DNA of 64,000 nt from assembly GCF_009914755.1 (NCBI RefSeq), contig NC_060929.1; one strand, given 5' to 3'. A program made the position numbers and the translations under genes. The stretch comes from the human T2T-CHM13v2.0 reference genome, Homo sapiens. How positions within the stretch are numbered: the first letter of the stretch is position 1; each line of letters starts with the position of its first letter. A model generated the notes under the pieces. That model worked only from the letters and a program-made list of their open reading frames with translations. It did not search any database and was not told where the DNA came from. Below are positions 44,185 through 64,000 of the stretch, one piece after another.

Positions 44185-45689
44185 TCCGTCTAAATATAAA
44201 CAGAATTACTTCATTGGACTTCCAGGGAAGCCCTTTGGTGCAGACATGACTCAAAGAGGGGGTCCCCTTGCCCTCCCCCTCTCTTCCTTTTAAAATGAGA
44301 ATGTGACAGTGAGGTCATCGGCAGTTATCTTGTGAGTATAATAAACTTGATGCCTCCACAGTCTAAGACTAGTGGAGCTGAGAATAAGTAAGTTTATTCT
44401 GCTCCTGATGACCTCGGACATTCCACATAACCCCTGGACTCTAGATGTTATCTTAGGTCTCTAACAACAGTAGCTAAACCTAATCCTAATTGACACAGTG
44501 CTTATACTTTTATTAAGTTATTAATTTTAAAAAAGACATCAGAAAGTGTTCAAAGTCAATGTGAATGTCAGTGTTTGGTCCAGAACTGAGTACTGATTTT
44601 GTGCATGAGCTCACATTCATGGGGTGGGTGGAAGCATGCTTGGCACAGAAATCTTTAGAAAGAAAAGCAGCTCTGAAGGCCGGAACACCTGTGATATATA
44701 GGGCACAGGTGGTAATTTGGCAACTGTAAGCCTGGCCTTTTGAGCTGTGGCCAAAACTAAATTTGGATAAACTCATTATCCATACATATGCCCTAATTTC
44801 CTGATAGATTTCAGTCAGATGTGGTAATTTTCTGCTCAGCTTCCTTATGTTATCACTTATTACATTTGCTAATGGGGGCGGAAAAACTGTTCTAGGAGAA
44901 TATCCAAAAGCAATTGATTGGTTTGTATTATAATGTAGGCGCTAAAAGAATTAGTTTATTTCAAATAAGTGACGACTTGATGCCTTGTAAATATCTTCCA
45001 CACATGCCTCATTTTAGTTCTTCCTACTAAGGCATATGACTATCAACACTGTTAAACTTTGCATGTAAACCATGTTCCTTTCCTCTCCATCTCCTCATTC
45101 TTCTGAATGTCTCCACTCTTTCAGGTACATAAAAATTTTTTAGAAATTACCCCCAAAATGTGAAAGTACAAAAAATGGAAGCAAACTTAAATTTTCCTCT
45201 TATTAAAAATTATGACTAAACAATAAAACAAAACAGTTTTTTCATCTCATCTGCATAATTACACATAATTTCTATTTTATGAATTCCCAACACTTACGCA
45301 GAAGGGAAATACTCATGGCTTATAATTTATACTTTCATAAAAGTGATATGTTTCTTTTTTTCCAAAGAATCAAAGAGTTAATATATTCACTACTTGTAAA
45401 AAAAATACAACTCAGGATTAGAAAAGAGGAAAGTTGTCAAAAGATAGTACGATCGTTCTTAGCCTTGCATAGTAGAAAAGATCCAAGGGTTCAAAACCAA
45501 GTATTGTTAAGGCATGATGTTATATTCTCATGTGGTGTGCAGGGGGTGAAGGTCACTAAAGAAGCATCAACAGATGGTATCAGCAATGATAACTACATGT
45601 TTTCAGAAGTAGGTTCAGGAAATTATCCTCCTACATGGAGATTAGTTAGGCCCCATAGTTAGGCCAAGCTAAGTGACAATAATACAAGT

Positions 45690-45870
45690 AGCTACCATAT
45701 GAGTGTTTACCATTGTATTTGAGTTATGCACTATCAGTATATTAATTCACAAGTTAGAAAATGAGGCTTACAGAATTTGAGTAAATTGCTCAGGACCTCA
45801 CATACTAAGTGATGCATGTAAGGTTCACATCCATGCAGTCTGACTTTGGAGATCATGTTCTAGGCTTCAC
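45690..45870 (-). mobile_element. MIR
   Basis: gaaaatgaggcttacaga...agtaaattgctcagga..cacatactaagtg. Confidence 0.6.
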
Positions 45871-48800
45871 AAAATATTTTCTCTATTTGGCATGTAAGAC
45901 ATTCTTCTTGTTGAAAGCCATATCAAGACTGGGAGAAAGGTGTTTATGTCATCCAGAATGTCTGACTAGTCTCCCATACAAGATTTTGCGATAGGAGGAA
46001 TCATAGCTATTGATTAATTGGTAAGTGCTTATATTTATATCCACTGTCAAAGCCTCAAAGGTTGTGGAAATTAGGTAACTTGTCAAATTGTACCATACTG
46101 GAAGAAATAGAGCTAGATTTTAAATTCATTCTATTACAAAAACCTTGTTTTTTACCCAACATGACATGGATAAAGAACTACTATTCTCCTACTAAACATA
46201 TAAAGAGTAACTATTGCACATGATATTAAATATACTCTCATGGGGTGTATTCAGAAACATACATCATCAATTTTTGTTGCACTGGCTACATCTTCATCCT
46301 TCATGTGGCCATCACGTTCTATTAATGATGATTTTTAAAGAAGTTTCAAAATAAATTTTAAAGTCATGCAATAGAATTAATAGCAAAGCTACTTTAAAAT
46401 ATAACAATGTACTAACAAACAAATGATGAAAAACTATCTTCATAGCTCATCAAAATCTTTAAAGTATAATTTGTTAAATATTTTAGGAATATTGTACAAG
46501 TATAATATCACAAGAAAAGATATTGTAAGGGAATACACCTAAGTCTATGTATGCAATTAAATATTCATGAACTTTTATAATCAGAAGATAATTCATATAA
46601 ATCTTCAAATATGAAGTCAATAATAGTAACTGACCAAACCAAACCATCTATGTTAGGTGGTAAATTAGATGTTCACAATTATCACAGTTGTCCTAAATAC
46701 AGTCTCTACTGCCTAATTTTCACAAGTGTCTCTTCTATGTTTCCATTGGTGTTTCCTGTAAGTCGTCAGATGTTTTACATCCTCTTTAGCAGTAATTGTT
46801 TCTTACTTCCTTAAGCAGTATAATTGTAAAGGATACAGCAAAACTTTGAACAGTCCTCTGTACCTAATGCCAAAACAATCTGAAACAGAAATGTCAGTAT
46901 TTTAACAACTTTAGGTCATTAATCACAGTCTATTCAATAGTAATTTTCATTGCTGAAAAATGTTTTTGATTAATATACTTAAACTGAAAATCTTGTTCAT
47001 AATATCAGACAGATATTTAAGAATTTGAAAATGATGAGCACATAAATTTTGCTGTACTCTTCATTTGGTAACTATATAGGAAGAATAAAAGTTTTCCTAA
47101 AAATATTTCTTGTTCAATATAAAGTATATTTTTGAGAGCGGCATTGTACATTTAAAAGGTTAGTAGGATGATGGAAATTGTGCAGTCAGCTCTATGTATT
47201 CTGTTGGTTAGAGCAATGCATGGTGGCCCAATCACTATTTTTAATATATCTAGGCCATTTCAAAATTAAAAGGCATATACTGTCAGAGTTTTGCCCCTGT
47301 GTGCACTTCACAAACATGAAAATCCACTGTCATAGGGTGACTTTTCAAAGACATATGTGCACATATGAGGGCATTTTCTGATTTTTTTCCAATTGAGAAA
47401 TTATACAAAATAATGTAAGTTCATGTTCCAATGTCTATGGCTTTAATATTTTGCATTTTCAAAATAATGCAAGAACAGTATTATGAAGTAGTATGTTACA
47501 CACAACAAGGTTTGAAGAAAATTTAGTAAAACTTAGTCAAGTTACTTCTTTCAAAAATCTTGAAAGTCTGAATTAAGTAAATGTGTAGCCAGATCTCATT
47601 TGCTGAGCGACAGAGAAGAAACAGAAGGGTTTCGATCTAAAAATATTGATTTGATATCTCCTCTTTTTAAATGATAAAACACAATGGATTTTCATACTTA
47701 TGAGAAGTTGAACTACACTGTGAATATAGTAATCTTGACTAGAGAGTATACAACGTGTATTAAATGTGAATCATTTAAATTTGGATGAATACATATGCAA
47801 CCTAATACTAACATCTGCCCTTATTCCTTGTTCAAGTCTTGGCTCAAATTTTACATTCTCATTGAGGTCTTCCTTGACCACCTGGTTTATTATTGCAAAC
47901 TACCTTCTCCCAACACTACCCCAACGACCTGTCCCTACACTTATAATTCTCTTATGCTTCTTTTAATTTTTTACATAAAATTAAAAATTGATTTCATGAA
48001 ATTATGTAATTTACTTTTGATTATGCTTATTTCTGTGTGCCTCTGCTAAAATATAAACTTCAGAAGAATGGGGAACTTAGACACTGAAAGGCATTTAGTA
48101 GCTCAATAAGTACTTGTTAAAAGACTAATAATATTGGCATTGAGGAAAAACTGATGAAAATACTTAATTTCTCCATATCTCAATAATTTATATCAAACAG
48201 CAGGGACTGTTTATATTCTGTTGTTATATAAAAATAACACCAGTCAGTTGTGCTTTCATTGAATTCCATATAATATTGCTTTAAAAGATATAAGGCATTT
48301 TCGTATTTTCATAAAATATATTGAAATGCTCTAAAGAGCTGCCAGAGTTCATAAAAAACAATCTTGCAAACTGGCTATAGTACTTGGAAAAGTGGAAGCA
48401 ATTCAGAAACTTCAAAGGTTGCAGTCCTACTGAGAAAGATGTAGTAAGTTAGAGAATATTGGAGAAAGCATAGATAACTATTTAACTATATGATAAATAA
48501 TTTCACAGCCACTGCTGTTCCTCCAGCCATTCCTATTCTTCATGTTTTGGTATTTATATTTAGTTTATATTTTATACTAGGTGTTTTGACCACAATTGTG
48601 TCAAGAAACTGAGGAAACACACATCTTCAAAGCTCACCTGAAGGGCACTGCAGTTTGTGTTATGAAAGGCTTTTGCCTTAAAGCCTTGATTTTACAATTC
48701 ACTGAATAAAACAGTTGCTGAATGCCTGCCACAAATCTTGTCCCGAAATATGAAAGTCTGGCATGTACTCAATGTACCTGACTCTCAGACAGGTAAGGCC

Positions 48801-49629
48801 TCAAGAAATTCCTGAGCAGGGAATCGTTAACTTGGAGTTCAGAAGAGTTGGGTGTTGGACACAGGCTTCAGAGAAGGCAAAATATTTAATCTGAGTTACA
48901 TTTGGAGTAGGATTTCTAAGCGAAGATGCCAGAGGTATAGCAAGAAATTGCAGAAATGCAAAGTTTTGTTGCATTTTGGGGAGAATTAATAGTTTTCTGT
49001 GTTGGGAAGCTAGGGCATGTAGGACAACTATAAACATTGTGCCTGAAAAGATAACTTGGGGTTAAGAGCCTTGAAACTCATGGCTAGCATTTAACTTTTA
49101 TTCTGGGACCAATAGTGGGGAATCCCTGAAGCAATTTAACAATAAAATAAAAATGTATTTAAATCAATTCCAGAATAAAAGTGTTTTTCTGTTAATAAGA
49201 AGCTTGAAAAGTACACAAGAACCATGGCTGGAGTGGATTGGTGATTCTTCAGAAATTCCATGCATCTCCCACACTCTAATTCATGACAATAAAGTGCTCT
49301 CTGTTTCCACCATGATTAAAGCTGTGGTCAAACTGAACCTTAGCTTCTCGTTAGCCAGATCCTTAGGCAACCAGCTTCAGTTTCTCCAGTAAAGGCACCA
49401 AAGTATTTAGCATGGTCAGCTTATAACGAGTCAATCTATGATGAGCCAGGCATTGTCTAGGTGAAGTGTTCTCCAAGATGTGGTTCCTGGTCTATAGAAG
49501 CTTCACATTCTAACTTTAGAGACAGCCAGTGAAGGTACGAAGTAGTAGGCAATGTGATATAGGCTACCATAGTGGGTGCTATGACAAAACATGACAAACA
49601 ACTAACCTAGTCCATCTGGGGCTGACAAT

Positions 49630-49768
49630 TAGGGATGTCAGGTTTAGCAAATACAAATATAGTTCATTCAATTAGCGTTTCAGATAAACAGTGAATAATT
49701 TTTTAGTATGAGTATGCCCCAAATACTCAAATTTTACTGGGCATTCTGTATTTTACTTGGCAAACCTA
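49630..49768. mobile_element. MER53-like hAT MITE
   Basis: Imperfect TIRs tagggatgtcag / ttggcaaaccta; perfect 8-bp TSD ctgacaat at 49622-49629 and 49769-49776. Confidence 0.8.
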
Positions 49769-50404
49769 CTGACAATACTTTTTGGATAAGACATTGCTGG
49801 AGCAGCATCTTTACGTATAGAAATTAACCAGGTGAAACATGTTAAAAAGAAAATTTCAAACACAGGGAACAACATGTGCAAAATATGAAGCAGGGGAGAA
49901 AATAGCTCATTTGGAAAACTGCAAGGAAATTCACTATAACTAGGTCATAGAATGCCAACAGTGCAATACAGATACATTTGCAGGTTAGTCAGGAGTCAGA
50001 TCATGATGAGATTGGATTGTTTTCCTGAAAGAAACAGATACCAAAGGTCTTGCTGATAGATTCGCTATAAATTTGTGTTTTTCCAAAACTGTTGGTCCTT
50101 CATTGATGCCTGACAAATTTATGGGTTTTGCTTTCTTTACATAAATGTAATGGTATTATTTATTTTCTCCAGTTATTTCAAACATTTGTGTTATCTTCCA
50201 GCCTCCTTGTCCCTTCCTCTTTCTGAGCATTCTTACCAAACTGCTTCTTTCTTCCCAGAAATAGATAAAATGTGATGCCACAATTCCCAGTCAACCCTTA
50301 CCCATTAACTCTCCTCCAGTTCACACCTACCACTTCTGCTGCTGACGTAATCATAAATATTAAAGTGTTTGACCAACTTTTCTTATGATTCTTACTCTTT
50401 TCTT

Positions 50405-50505
50405 GGTCTTATTTCACATTGCATGCCTGTATCAAAACATCTCATGTGCCACATAAATATACATACCTACCATGTACTCACAATTTTTTTAAATAAAAAA
50501 CTTAA
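50405..50505 (+). mobile_element. L1MA-type 3' terminal fragment
   Basis: cattgcatgcctgtatcaaaacatctcatgt...tatacatacctaccatgtac plus A-rich tail. Confidence 0.75.
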
Positions 50506-52030
50506 ATAAAGATGAGTCTCCCCTTTCTTCCAACTTTCATACATGTATAATTCCTCAATTTTTGCTCCAGAATAGAAACCATCCTTTCCTAAGTACCCTT
50601 GACCTTTCTATACCAATCATCCTTTGCCTAGCTCATTTTATCCACTTCTTCCTCTCAACTGGCCCTATATTCCAGGCAGGAGCATGTTCAAGGCTCTTCC
50701 ATCTTAAACCAAAAACTTTCCCTCAAATTGCCCACCTTAACCATACATCAGTTTTCCTATCTTTATGAATCTACCCTTGCTATATAAACACTTTCTCTCC
50801 TTAAGTCACTAAGGCTTGGCTTCTGCCTCCTCCATTTATCTAAACCATCTTGCAGCAAAGTAATAAGCGAATCACACTCGGAATCTGTATATGAAAATTA
50901 AATATTAACATGTATTGCCCTAGAACTCTACAATATTAGGATATACATATTTTGGAAATAAATTTTATATTCTGTTATTCCCAGCAACATATACAAGCTA
51001 ACTCATACTTGGTAAGTCTTACGTCAAGCTTTATCCAAAATCAGCATCAAATTTTCCCTTTAAAGTCTCACAATGTTTCTACAATTGGTGTCCATACTCC
51101 AACAAACACATAACACTCTGTGAGTATATCATAATTATGATATCAGTTGAAACATTAAAAAAAACAAATTTGAAATTTGAGCAGGTAGGGGCCTTTAACT
51201 TACCTTGTGCGCTCAAGTATTCACACTGTCCAAACCTTTGCCACTTTTTCATAGACTTGCTAGTTACTTATTAAGAGACTTCATAAATTGCTCAACCTCT
51301 TTGAACTTTTTTGATTTCCTGTATGCCTCATTCATTTGTTTACTTACTTATTCTGCCAGTAGTTTATGGGTGTGCTTTGTATTTAGACATGTGCTATGCT
51401 ATAGGACATTTTCAGTTGAATAACGTAATTCCAACACTTCGTGTCCTTTATTTTAGCTGGAAAAATTAATGGATTATTGTGAAGAGTGAATGAGAAAAAT
51501 AATATGTGCAAGCAAGTTACAGAATAAAATTCCAGGTCTTGAGGAAATTATGCAGGGCCTCTATAAGAAGGTAAGGAAGTGGTGAAAGCTAGGCTGGGGT
51601 TCTCTATTTTTCATGAATTCAAGATCTGACATGGTGTATTCCTAAATGATTAATAAGTACTACCTATATATAAATGTCATGTTAACACTTATGAAATTTT
51701 ATCAGAACATGGAAATACATAACCAAGTATAACAAACCAAGACAAACACTTCATTTGTCCAACCTCATCTAAAAATTTTAGATAATCACTGAATTTCTAG
51801 GCACCTTTATCATGCTTCACAAGCAGCAGATTAAGCTAACACGCATCATATGTCATGAGTGTTACACCAGCTACTCCTACATCATGTCTAGCTATCATAT
51901 CCAGCATTTTACTACAAATCATTTCTTAGAAGAAACCCTTCAGTACAGGCAGAATAAGCACTAGAGATGCACTAGAGGCAGGGAGCCATTTTTACCCTCC
52001 CAAAACCCACTCTCTCTCTCACCAAAACTC

Positions 52031-52031
52031 T

Positions 52032-52070
<39 letters not shown>
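52031..52070 (+). repeat. (TG)n(AG)n microsatellite
   Basis: directly visible. Confidence 0.9.
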
Positions 52071-52072
<2 letters not shown>

Positions 52073-52129
52073 GATAGGTGTGACAAATAAGCTAAATCAA
52101 GCTTTGAGAGGATCTTAGACTTCTTTAAA

Positions 52130-52132
<3 letters not shown>

Positions 52133-52167
<35 letters not shown>
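52133..52167 (+). repeat. (AT)n microsatellite
   Basis: about 17 perfect AT units. Confidence 0.95.
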
Positions 52168-52172
<5 letters not shown>

Positions 52173-52255
52173 TGAAGTAAAATCTTCTTTTCTTATCCAT
52201 GCTCGTCAAAGTTCTTTGCTAAAACTGTGTGAGACAGTGGCGTTACCAGCAACAG

Positions 52256-52568
<313 letters not shown>

Positions 52569-53562
52569 TAAGTACTTGTTATCATACCTTTATTTTGTTT
52601 TTTGTTCTTAGAAAAACTCTTTGAGGCATGAGAAGAAACTAGAGTATGGAAAGCTTAGAAAAGTCTGTGGATTGGTCAAGCTGGGACCTTCATACAATTT
52701 AATATAACTTTTAGTCCAGGATAACTCATAAAATGTCCTGGAAGTGAACTGTAAAATATAGAGAGAATCATTCTTTCTTATAATGCAGTATATATTAATT
52801 GTAGACTATTTCTCATACAAATTCTTGTAAAATATTTTACTAGGCACACCTTATAAATATACTGAGACTAAATATGAGTTTAGTCTCAAAAACTACTGAG
52901 TTTTTGCAGCTCAACTGATTCTGGATTTTTAACTATTTATTTATTTTGCATAATTGAATGACAAATCTGCAATGACATATGTATATATAGATATATATAT
53001 TCACAAAACACAAACATATATATAAATTTCAGTCACCAAGAATAAAGAAATAATGAGGCGTCACGATCATCTGAAAACTTATCTTATACTCTAACAAAAA
53101 ATAAATCGAGTTAAATATAATTTTCTAATGTCTCCAAGTCCATGATTTTTCCTCATTAATGTAATAGTTTTATATATTCCTTTTACATAAATGAATGTTT
53201 TTACACTAAAATATCTATGTTTTGTGAAAATTTATAAGGAATTGCAATTTTAAGTTCCTTTTTGTGTCTATGTTTCTACTTTTATTAGAATATATTTACC
53301 AATGTATTTCAATTGTGTTTCTTTTTTTTTAGCTTTTATTTTTTTTTATTTATTATTATTATACTTTAAGTTTTAGGGTACATGTGCACAATGTGCAGGT
53401 TAGTTACATATGTATACATGTGCCATGCTGGTGCGCTGCACCCACTAACTCGTCATCTAGCATTAGGTATATCCCCCAATGCTATCCCTCCCACCTCCCC
53501 CCACCCCACAACAGTCCCCAGAGTGTGATGTTCCCCTTCCTGTGTCCATGTGTTCTCATTGT

Positions 53563-58181
<4,619 letters not shown>

Positions 58182-58902
58182 CAGCTCCTTTAAGCACTTC
58201 TCTGTATTGGTTATTCTAGTTATACATTCTTCTAACTTTTTTCAAAGTTTTCAACTTCTTTGCCTTTGGTTTGAATCTCCTCCCATTGCTCGGAGTAATT
58301 TGATCGTCTGAAGCCTTCTTCTCTCAGCTCGTCAAAGTCATTTTCCGTCCAGCTTCCTTCCGTTGCTGGTGAGGAGCTGCGTTCCTTTGGAGGAGGAGAG
58401 GTGCTCTGCTTTTTAGAGTTTCCAGTTTTTCTGCTGTTTTTTCCCCATCTTTGTGGTTTTATCTACTTTTGGTCTTTGATGATGGTGATGTACAGATGGG
58501 TTTTTGGTGTGGATGTCCTTTGTGTTTGTTAGTTTTCCTTCTAACAGACAGGACCCTCAGCTGCAGGTCTGTTGGAGTACCCGGCCGTGTGAGGTGTCAG
58601 TCTGCCCCTGCCGTGTGGTGCCTCCCAGTTAGGCTGCTTGGGGGTCAGGGGTCAGGGACCCACTTTAGGAGGCAGTCTGCCCATTCTCAGATCTCCAGCT
58701 GCGTGCTGGGAGAACCACTACTCTTCTTCAAAGTTGTCAGACAGGGACATTTAAGGCTGCAGAGGTTACTGCTGTCTTTTTTTGTCTGTGCCCTGCCCCC
58801 AGAGGTGGAGCCTACAGAGGCAGGCAGGTCTCCTTGAGCTGTGGTGGGCTCCACCCAGTTCAGGTTTCCTGGCTGCTTTGTTTACCTAAGCAAGCCTGGG
58901 CA

Positions 58903-59217
58903 ATGGTGGGCACCCCTCCCCGAGCTTTGCTGCCGCCTTGCAGTTTGATCTCATATTGCTGTGCTAGTAATCAGCAGGACTCCATGCGCATGCACGTAGG
59001 CCCCTCCAAGCCACGTGCAGGATATAATCTCCTGGTGCGCCGTTTTTTAAGACGGTTGGAAAAGCGTAGTATTCGGGTGGGAGTGACCCGATTTTCCAGG
59101 TGCCCTCTGTCACCCCTTTCTTTGACTAGGAAAGGGAACTCCCTGACCCCTTGCACTTCCCAAGTGAGGCAATGCCTCGCCCTGCTTCGGCTCGTGCACG
59201 GTGCGTGGACCCACTGA
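58903..59217 (+). other. L1 ORF0-homologous open frame (104 aa) in the antisense 5'UTR
   Basis: gcaATGg start; MVGTPPRALLPPCSLISYCCASNQQDS..GYNLLVRRFL..EKRSIRVGVTRFSRC matches ORF0; no expression evidence. Confidence 0.7.
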
Positions 59218-61171
59218 CCTGCGCCCACTGTCTGGCACTCCCTAGTGAGATGAACCCGGTACCTCAGATGGAAATGCAGAAATCACCCGTCTTCTGCGTC
59301 GCTTACGCTGGGAGCTGTAGACTGGAGCTGTTCCTTTTTGGCCATCTTGGCTCCTCCCCCTGTGTTTTGATTCAATATATTACTAGCACAGAGCAGAGAA
59401 AGCACTCAATATATATTGATTTAAGTAAAATTAATGATTGGATAAAATAGCTTCACTGTCACACTATACATGACACTGACATATGTCTATGTATATCTCT
59501 ATGTCAGGAGACAGAAATATAACAGTATTTCCACATTCTATTCATAGTAGAAATGAAAGGCTTGAAAAACCCAGGTATTTTAATTCCAAATTTTGTTTAC
59601 TTTTAGCATCTATCTCTTCCCAGCCTACTCTGTTGATAATTTTTACTCAGACCTATACACATAAAAATGCTAGCATATGCACATACACATAAAACACACA
59701 AACACAGTCTGCATTGTCATTTATAATTTTGAAATAAATTAAAGATTCTAGAAGTAATTATAATTTTATAATATACATGTTATATAGAATATGATATTGA
59801 CAAACATCTTCTCTTGAAACAATGTTATGCTTATTGGGAAAATTATACCATGGATGTTTCCAGGGACAACAATATAGATGCCATGACTGGTGACATTTAA
59901 AGAATTTGGGTAATTTAAAAAAAATAATTTTTCTTATTTTAAAATTAATATTCTAGCTAAGACAGGTAGCCTATGTCCAGCCCTGGCAAAACTCTGGAGT
60001 TCAGGATAAACAGAAGGTTATGCCATTATCTGGTGGATTTTGACAGTACAAAATATCAATAGCTTAGGTGGAAAATTTTTGATGAATTCATTTGGAATAA
60101 TTTTCCAAGATTTTTCAAACTAAGTTGAAATTACAAAATATGGTTTTTAAAATAAAATGTTTATGAAGAATTCTTATGTCCTGGTCATAGAAACAAGTGA
60201 TACTTATGAGGCCTAAAATTAGTGGATAATATGTGGCATGCAAACATATGGGTAAAGGACTTTTGGATTAGAGGAATAAATGTTAGATCTGGTAGAACTA
60301 ATTGGTAAATTATCAACTTGTTATTTTACAATATAGTTTAAATAACCCATAATATCTGTTTAAAATTGGAGTATATTTCTGCAATAATTTATCTCATCTT
60401 AACATACAACCTAACCCTTATCCGTCAGCATGGTGATATAGGTCACAAGGTTTGCAAAATCACACAAAAAGTTTTAAAATTAATAACTCTGGCATACTAT
60501 CCTTAATTCATTCTGTTAGGGGATGTAAATCATTTTATTTGAGAAAAAAATAATGTCTGTTGATAATTTTCTGGAGGCTAACTCACATTTTTGCATGTTA
60601 ATTCTCAGCAAGGAAGTTTCTCCCCAATTTACTAAAATTTCTAGTGACATTTTTTCTAGAGTTTAACAAAATTCACATCAACAAATGTGTCACTTCTTTT
60701 GACAAACTTTTATCCTATTTATCTCATTCTTTATCCTAGGAGTTACTGTGACATAAAATAAAATGCTAACAGAGCAAGTAAAATATCAGGGATGAATGAC
60801 TAGTAACATTATACAAGGTTTGATAAGCCGACTCAAACTTGAAGAGGTGGCAGCTCAAATAATAACTGACTGGGCAGCAGAAACAAAATGATTACAGTCT
60901 TCCAAAGGGCAATATCTACTTTCAGGGAGAAAATGTGCTAAACAATCCTGATTCTACCATATTATACTTGAGAGAAAATAATATTTTATTTATCATTATA
61001 TCTCCAGGGCTTAGGACAGAGGCAATGTTCAAAAAATAATTTTAAAAAGCTTTATTTTGAAAAGCTAATAGCTAATTTAATGCTATCTTAATGTTACATT
61101 TATTTTCCTAAGAATAAGACATTAAAGTACCTGAAAATTCAAATTTTTGTTTCTTCTGAAACAAATTTCAC

Positions 61172-61484
61172 TTTTTTTTTGTTTGTTTTGTTTTTTGAGA
61201 CGGAGTCTTGCTCTTGTCGCCCAGGCTGGAGTGTAGTGGCGTGACCTCGGCTCACTGCAACCTCTGCCTCCCATGTTCAAGCTATTCTCCTACCTCAGCC
61301 CCCTGAGTCTGAGTAGCTGGGACTACAGGCACCCGCCACCACGCCCGGTTAATTTTTGTACTTTTAGTAGAGACAGCGTTTGACCATGTTGGCCAGGCTA
61401 ATCTCAAACTCCTGACCCGGGAGATCCGCACGCCTCGGCCTCCCAAAGTGCTAGGATTACAGGCACGAGCCACTGTGCCCAGCC
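61172..61484 (-). mobile_element. AluS
   Basis: TSD acaaatttcac at 61161-61171 and 61485-61495. Confidence 0.92.
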
Positions 61485-61902
61485 ACAAATTTCACATTTT
61501 TTAAAGCATAGAGTTATGATATGCCCCATATGCCTAGCCTTTGATTATGTGCTCCTTTACCCCATTTCCTAACGATTTCATTATTGGAATTGTCCCCTCA
61601 ACCAGATTTTAAATTTCAGAGTAGATACAGCGTTTTATTAGACTCTTCTTCTCCATGTTGTTTGGCCAGGTGGGGTGCATGTAATTTAGTTTAGATACAT
61701 TAGGAACTTAAAATAGCAATATATTGTTTGTATTATTTTAATAATAATGTCAATCTCAGGACAACTGTACAAAAGATACCATATCCTTTAGTGTTTACTA
61801 GTCACAGTCAGAGTATTATTTGGATAACTTCTTCAAGGTTCAGAAGGATATAGCCTCACAAATTAAAATCCAAATGCATAGAAAAGAATTTTATGACATC
61901 TA

Positions 61903-62142
<240 letters not shown>

Positions 62143-62239
62143 TCATAAATAAATGTAAAGAGGTTCAATATACCTAAAAATCAAGAAATACGAATTCCAA
62201 CTATTGGGATCCACTATTATTTCATGATTAAACTATCTT

Positions 62240-62500
62240 GGCTAAAATATTGACTCTGCCACTCACTAGCCATGTACAAGTTATTTAATATTTCTGGCCT
62301 TCATTTTTCCTTTTTTTCTTCTTTATATTAGATAAATGATAACTATAATTCACAATAAAAATGGAAAGAACTTTAGTTACTCAGAGTAATAATAGCAGCT
62401 ACCTAATAAAAATATTTGTAAATAAAATAAAATTGTGCTTCTAAATTGTCTAAATGAAGGCCTGGTATGTACTAATCACTCAACAAATGTTAGCTATTAA
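62240..62500 (+). mobile_element. MIR fragments
   Basis: ctctgccactcactagccatgt...aataatagcagctacct...cctggtatgtactaatcactcaacaaatgttagctatt. Confidence 0.65.
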
Positions 62501-63477
62501 TAATGATAAATCATTCCACGGCTATGAGATTAACAATAATAATAATAGTTTAAAAAGTAAAGCAAACACAAAAGAATGTTGACTGAAGAGGAATTTTAAC
62601 GTCCTGCATTGAGGAAAACTTCGCATTTTTAAAGTAGAAATTGTCAAAATATGTATAAGCATTTATATTACAGTATTGTTTATATCTATTAAAAATTAGA
62701 AACAACACTATGTTGGTATATACATGTTATAAAATACAACACAATAGTTAAAGTGAATAAACAAATAAATTAATGGGAAGACTCATGCATTTATCTCTCC
62801 TTTCTTATATGAAACTTATTGTAGGATAACAAAGTATTTTATAAAATGTTAGGTAGGAAGGAGCACGTGAATCAGAATATCACTGTTTTGCAACCTTTAA
62901 TAAAATAATAAATGTTGGTCGTGGCTGCAAACATCACAGATAGGGCAACATTCTGATGTAAGTACACAACACCACCTATGATATAGTCTTGCCAAAAAAC
63001 AACCCTGAATTTCACTACTAGTTTATAGGAAATAAAGGGGAAAAAGGAACATTTTGAAGTTAGCAAACTCCAGATCTCGAGAAACTCTAAAGGCAAATGA
63101 GTAGGTATCTCTAACGAATAAATAGCTAGGGAAGAAGAGAAAAAGAAAGAAACAGAGACACAGAGAGACAGAGATTGCTTTTAGTTCTAGATTTAGCTTA
63201 AAATGTATTTAAAATGTATCTTTAATTCTAATTAGAAAAAAGCTTTAAATTTTTTGAAGAAAGACAATCCAAAAATTTTTAACATTGAGTATTTGATGAA
63301 AATAAATAAATATTCTTAATTATTTTGTGAACAATAATATTTTTATATGTTTTAAATCCTATTATTTTTACAGTTATATATTCAAACATTTCATAATTAA
63401 ATTATATTCTATTTGTGATTATCTTTATAACCATATGGGGCGGTGAGTTTTTATATGGATGAAACAAGAATACTTAA

Positions 63478-63829
<352 letters not shown>

Positions 63830-63834
63830 CACAT

Positions 63835-64000
63835 TTTATTATTATTCTTCTTCTTATTATTATACATTAAGTTCTAGGGTACATGTGCACAATGTGCAGG
63901 TTTGTTACATATGTATACATGTGCCATGTTGGTGTGCTGCATCCATTAACTCGTCATTTACATTAGGTATATCTCCTAATGCTTTCCCTCCCCTCTCCCC
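63835..64000 (-). mobile_element. L1PA (PA5-7-like) 3' end, continues beyond the window
   Basis: ttatacattaagttctagggtacatgtgcacaatgtgcaggtttgttacat...cattaactcgtcatttacattagg. Confidence 0.9.

Noticed and set aside
45279-45662. 127-aa ATG ORF in unique-looking sequence
   Set aside because: No recognisable domain; antisense within an intron; length compatible with chance.

Overview
This window is primate (human-like), AT-rich genomic DNA from inside the HCN1 gene, which lies on the minus strand. The only host coding sequence is one 162-bp phase-0 exon (21587-21748), matching HCN1 exon 3: end of S4/S4-S5 linker, S5 and the S5-P loop. Everything else is intron 2/3 filled with L1, Alu, MIR, L2, MaLR LTR and DNA-transposon remnants. 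I see no new multi-gene system. The most unusual structure is a pair of L1PA elements in inverted orientation that bracket the exon about 50 kb apart. The left copy is a twin-primed, rearranged L1 nested in an AluJ tail, with its complete 5'UTR fused head-on to its own poly(A) end. The right copy is a full-length L1PA3-like element with an in-frame ORF1-ORF2 fusion, a 103-bp templated insertion and an open, extended ORF0 frame. The two differ at the ZNF93-site indel yet appear to share several non-consensus substitutions, which suggests gene conversion or a common source lineage. Several short templated duplications, palindromes and G4 motifs were also found. Repeat subfamily calls and consensus comparisons are from memory and need RepeatMasker/Dfam confirmation.
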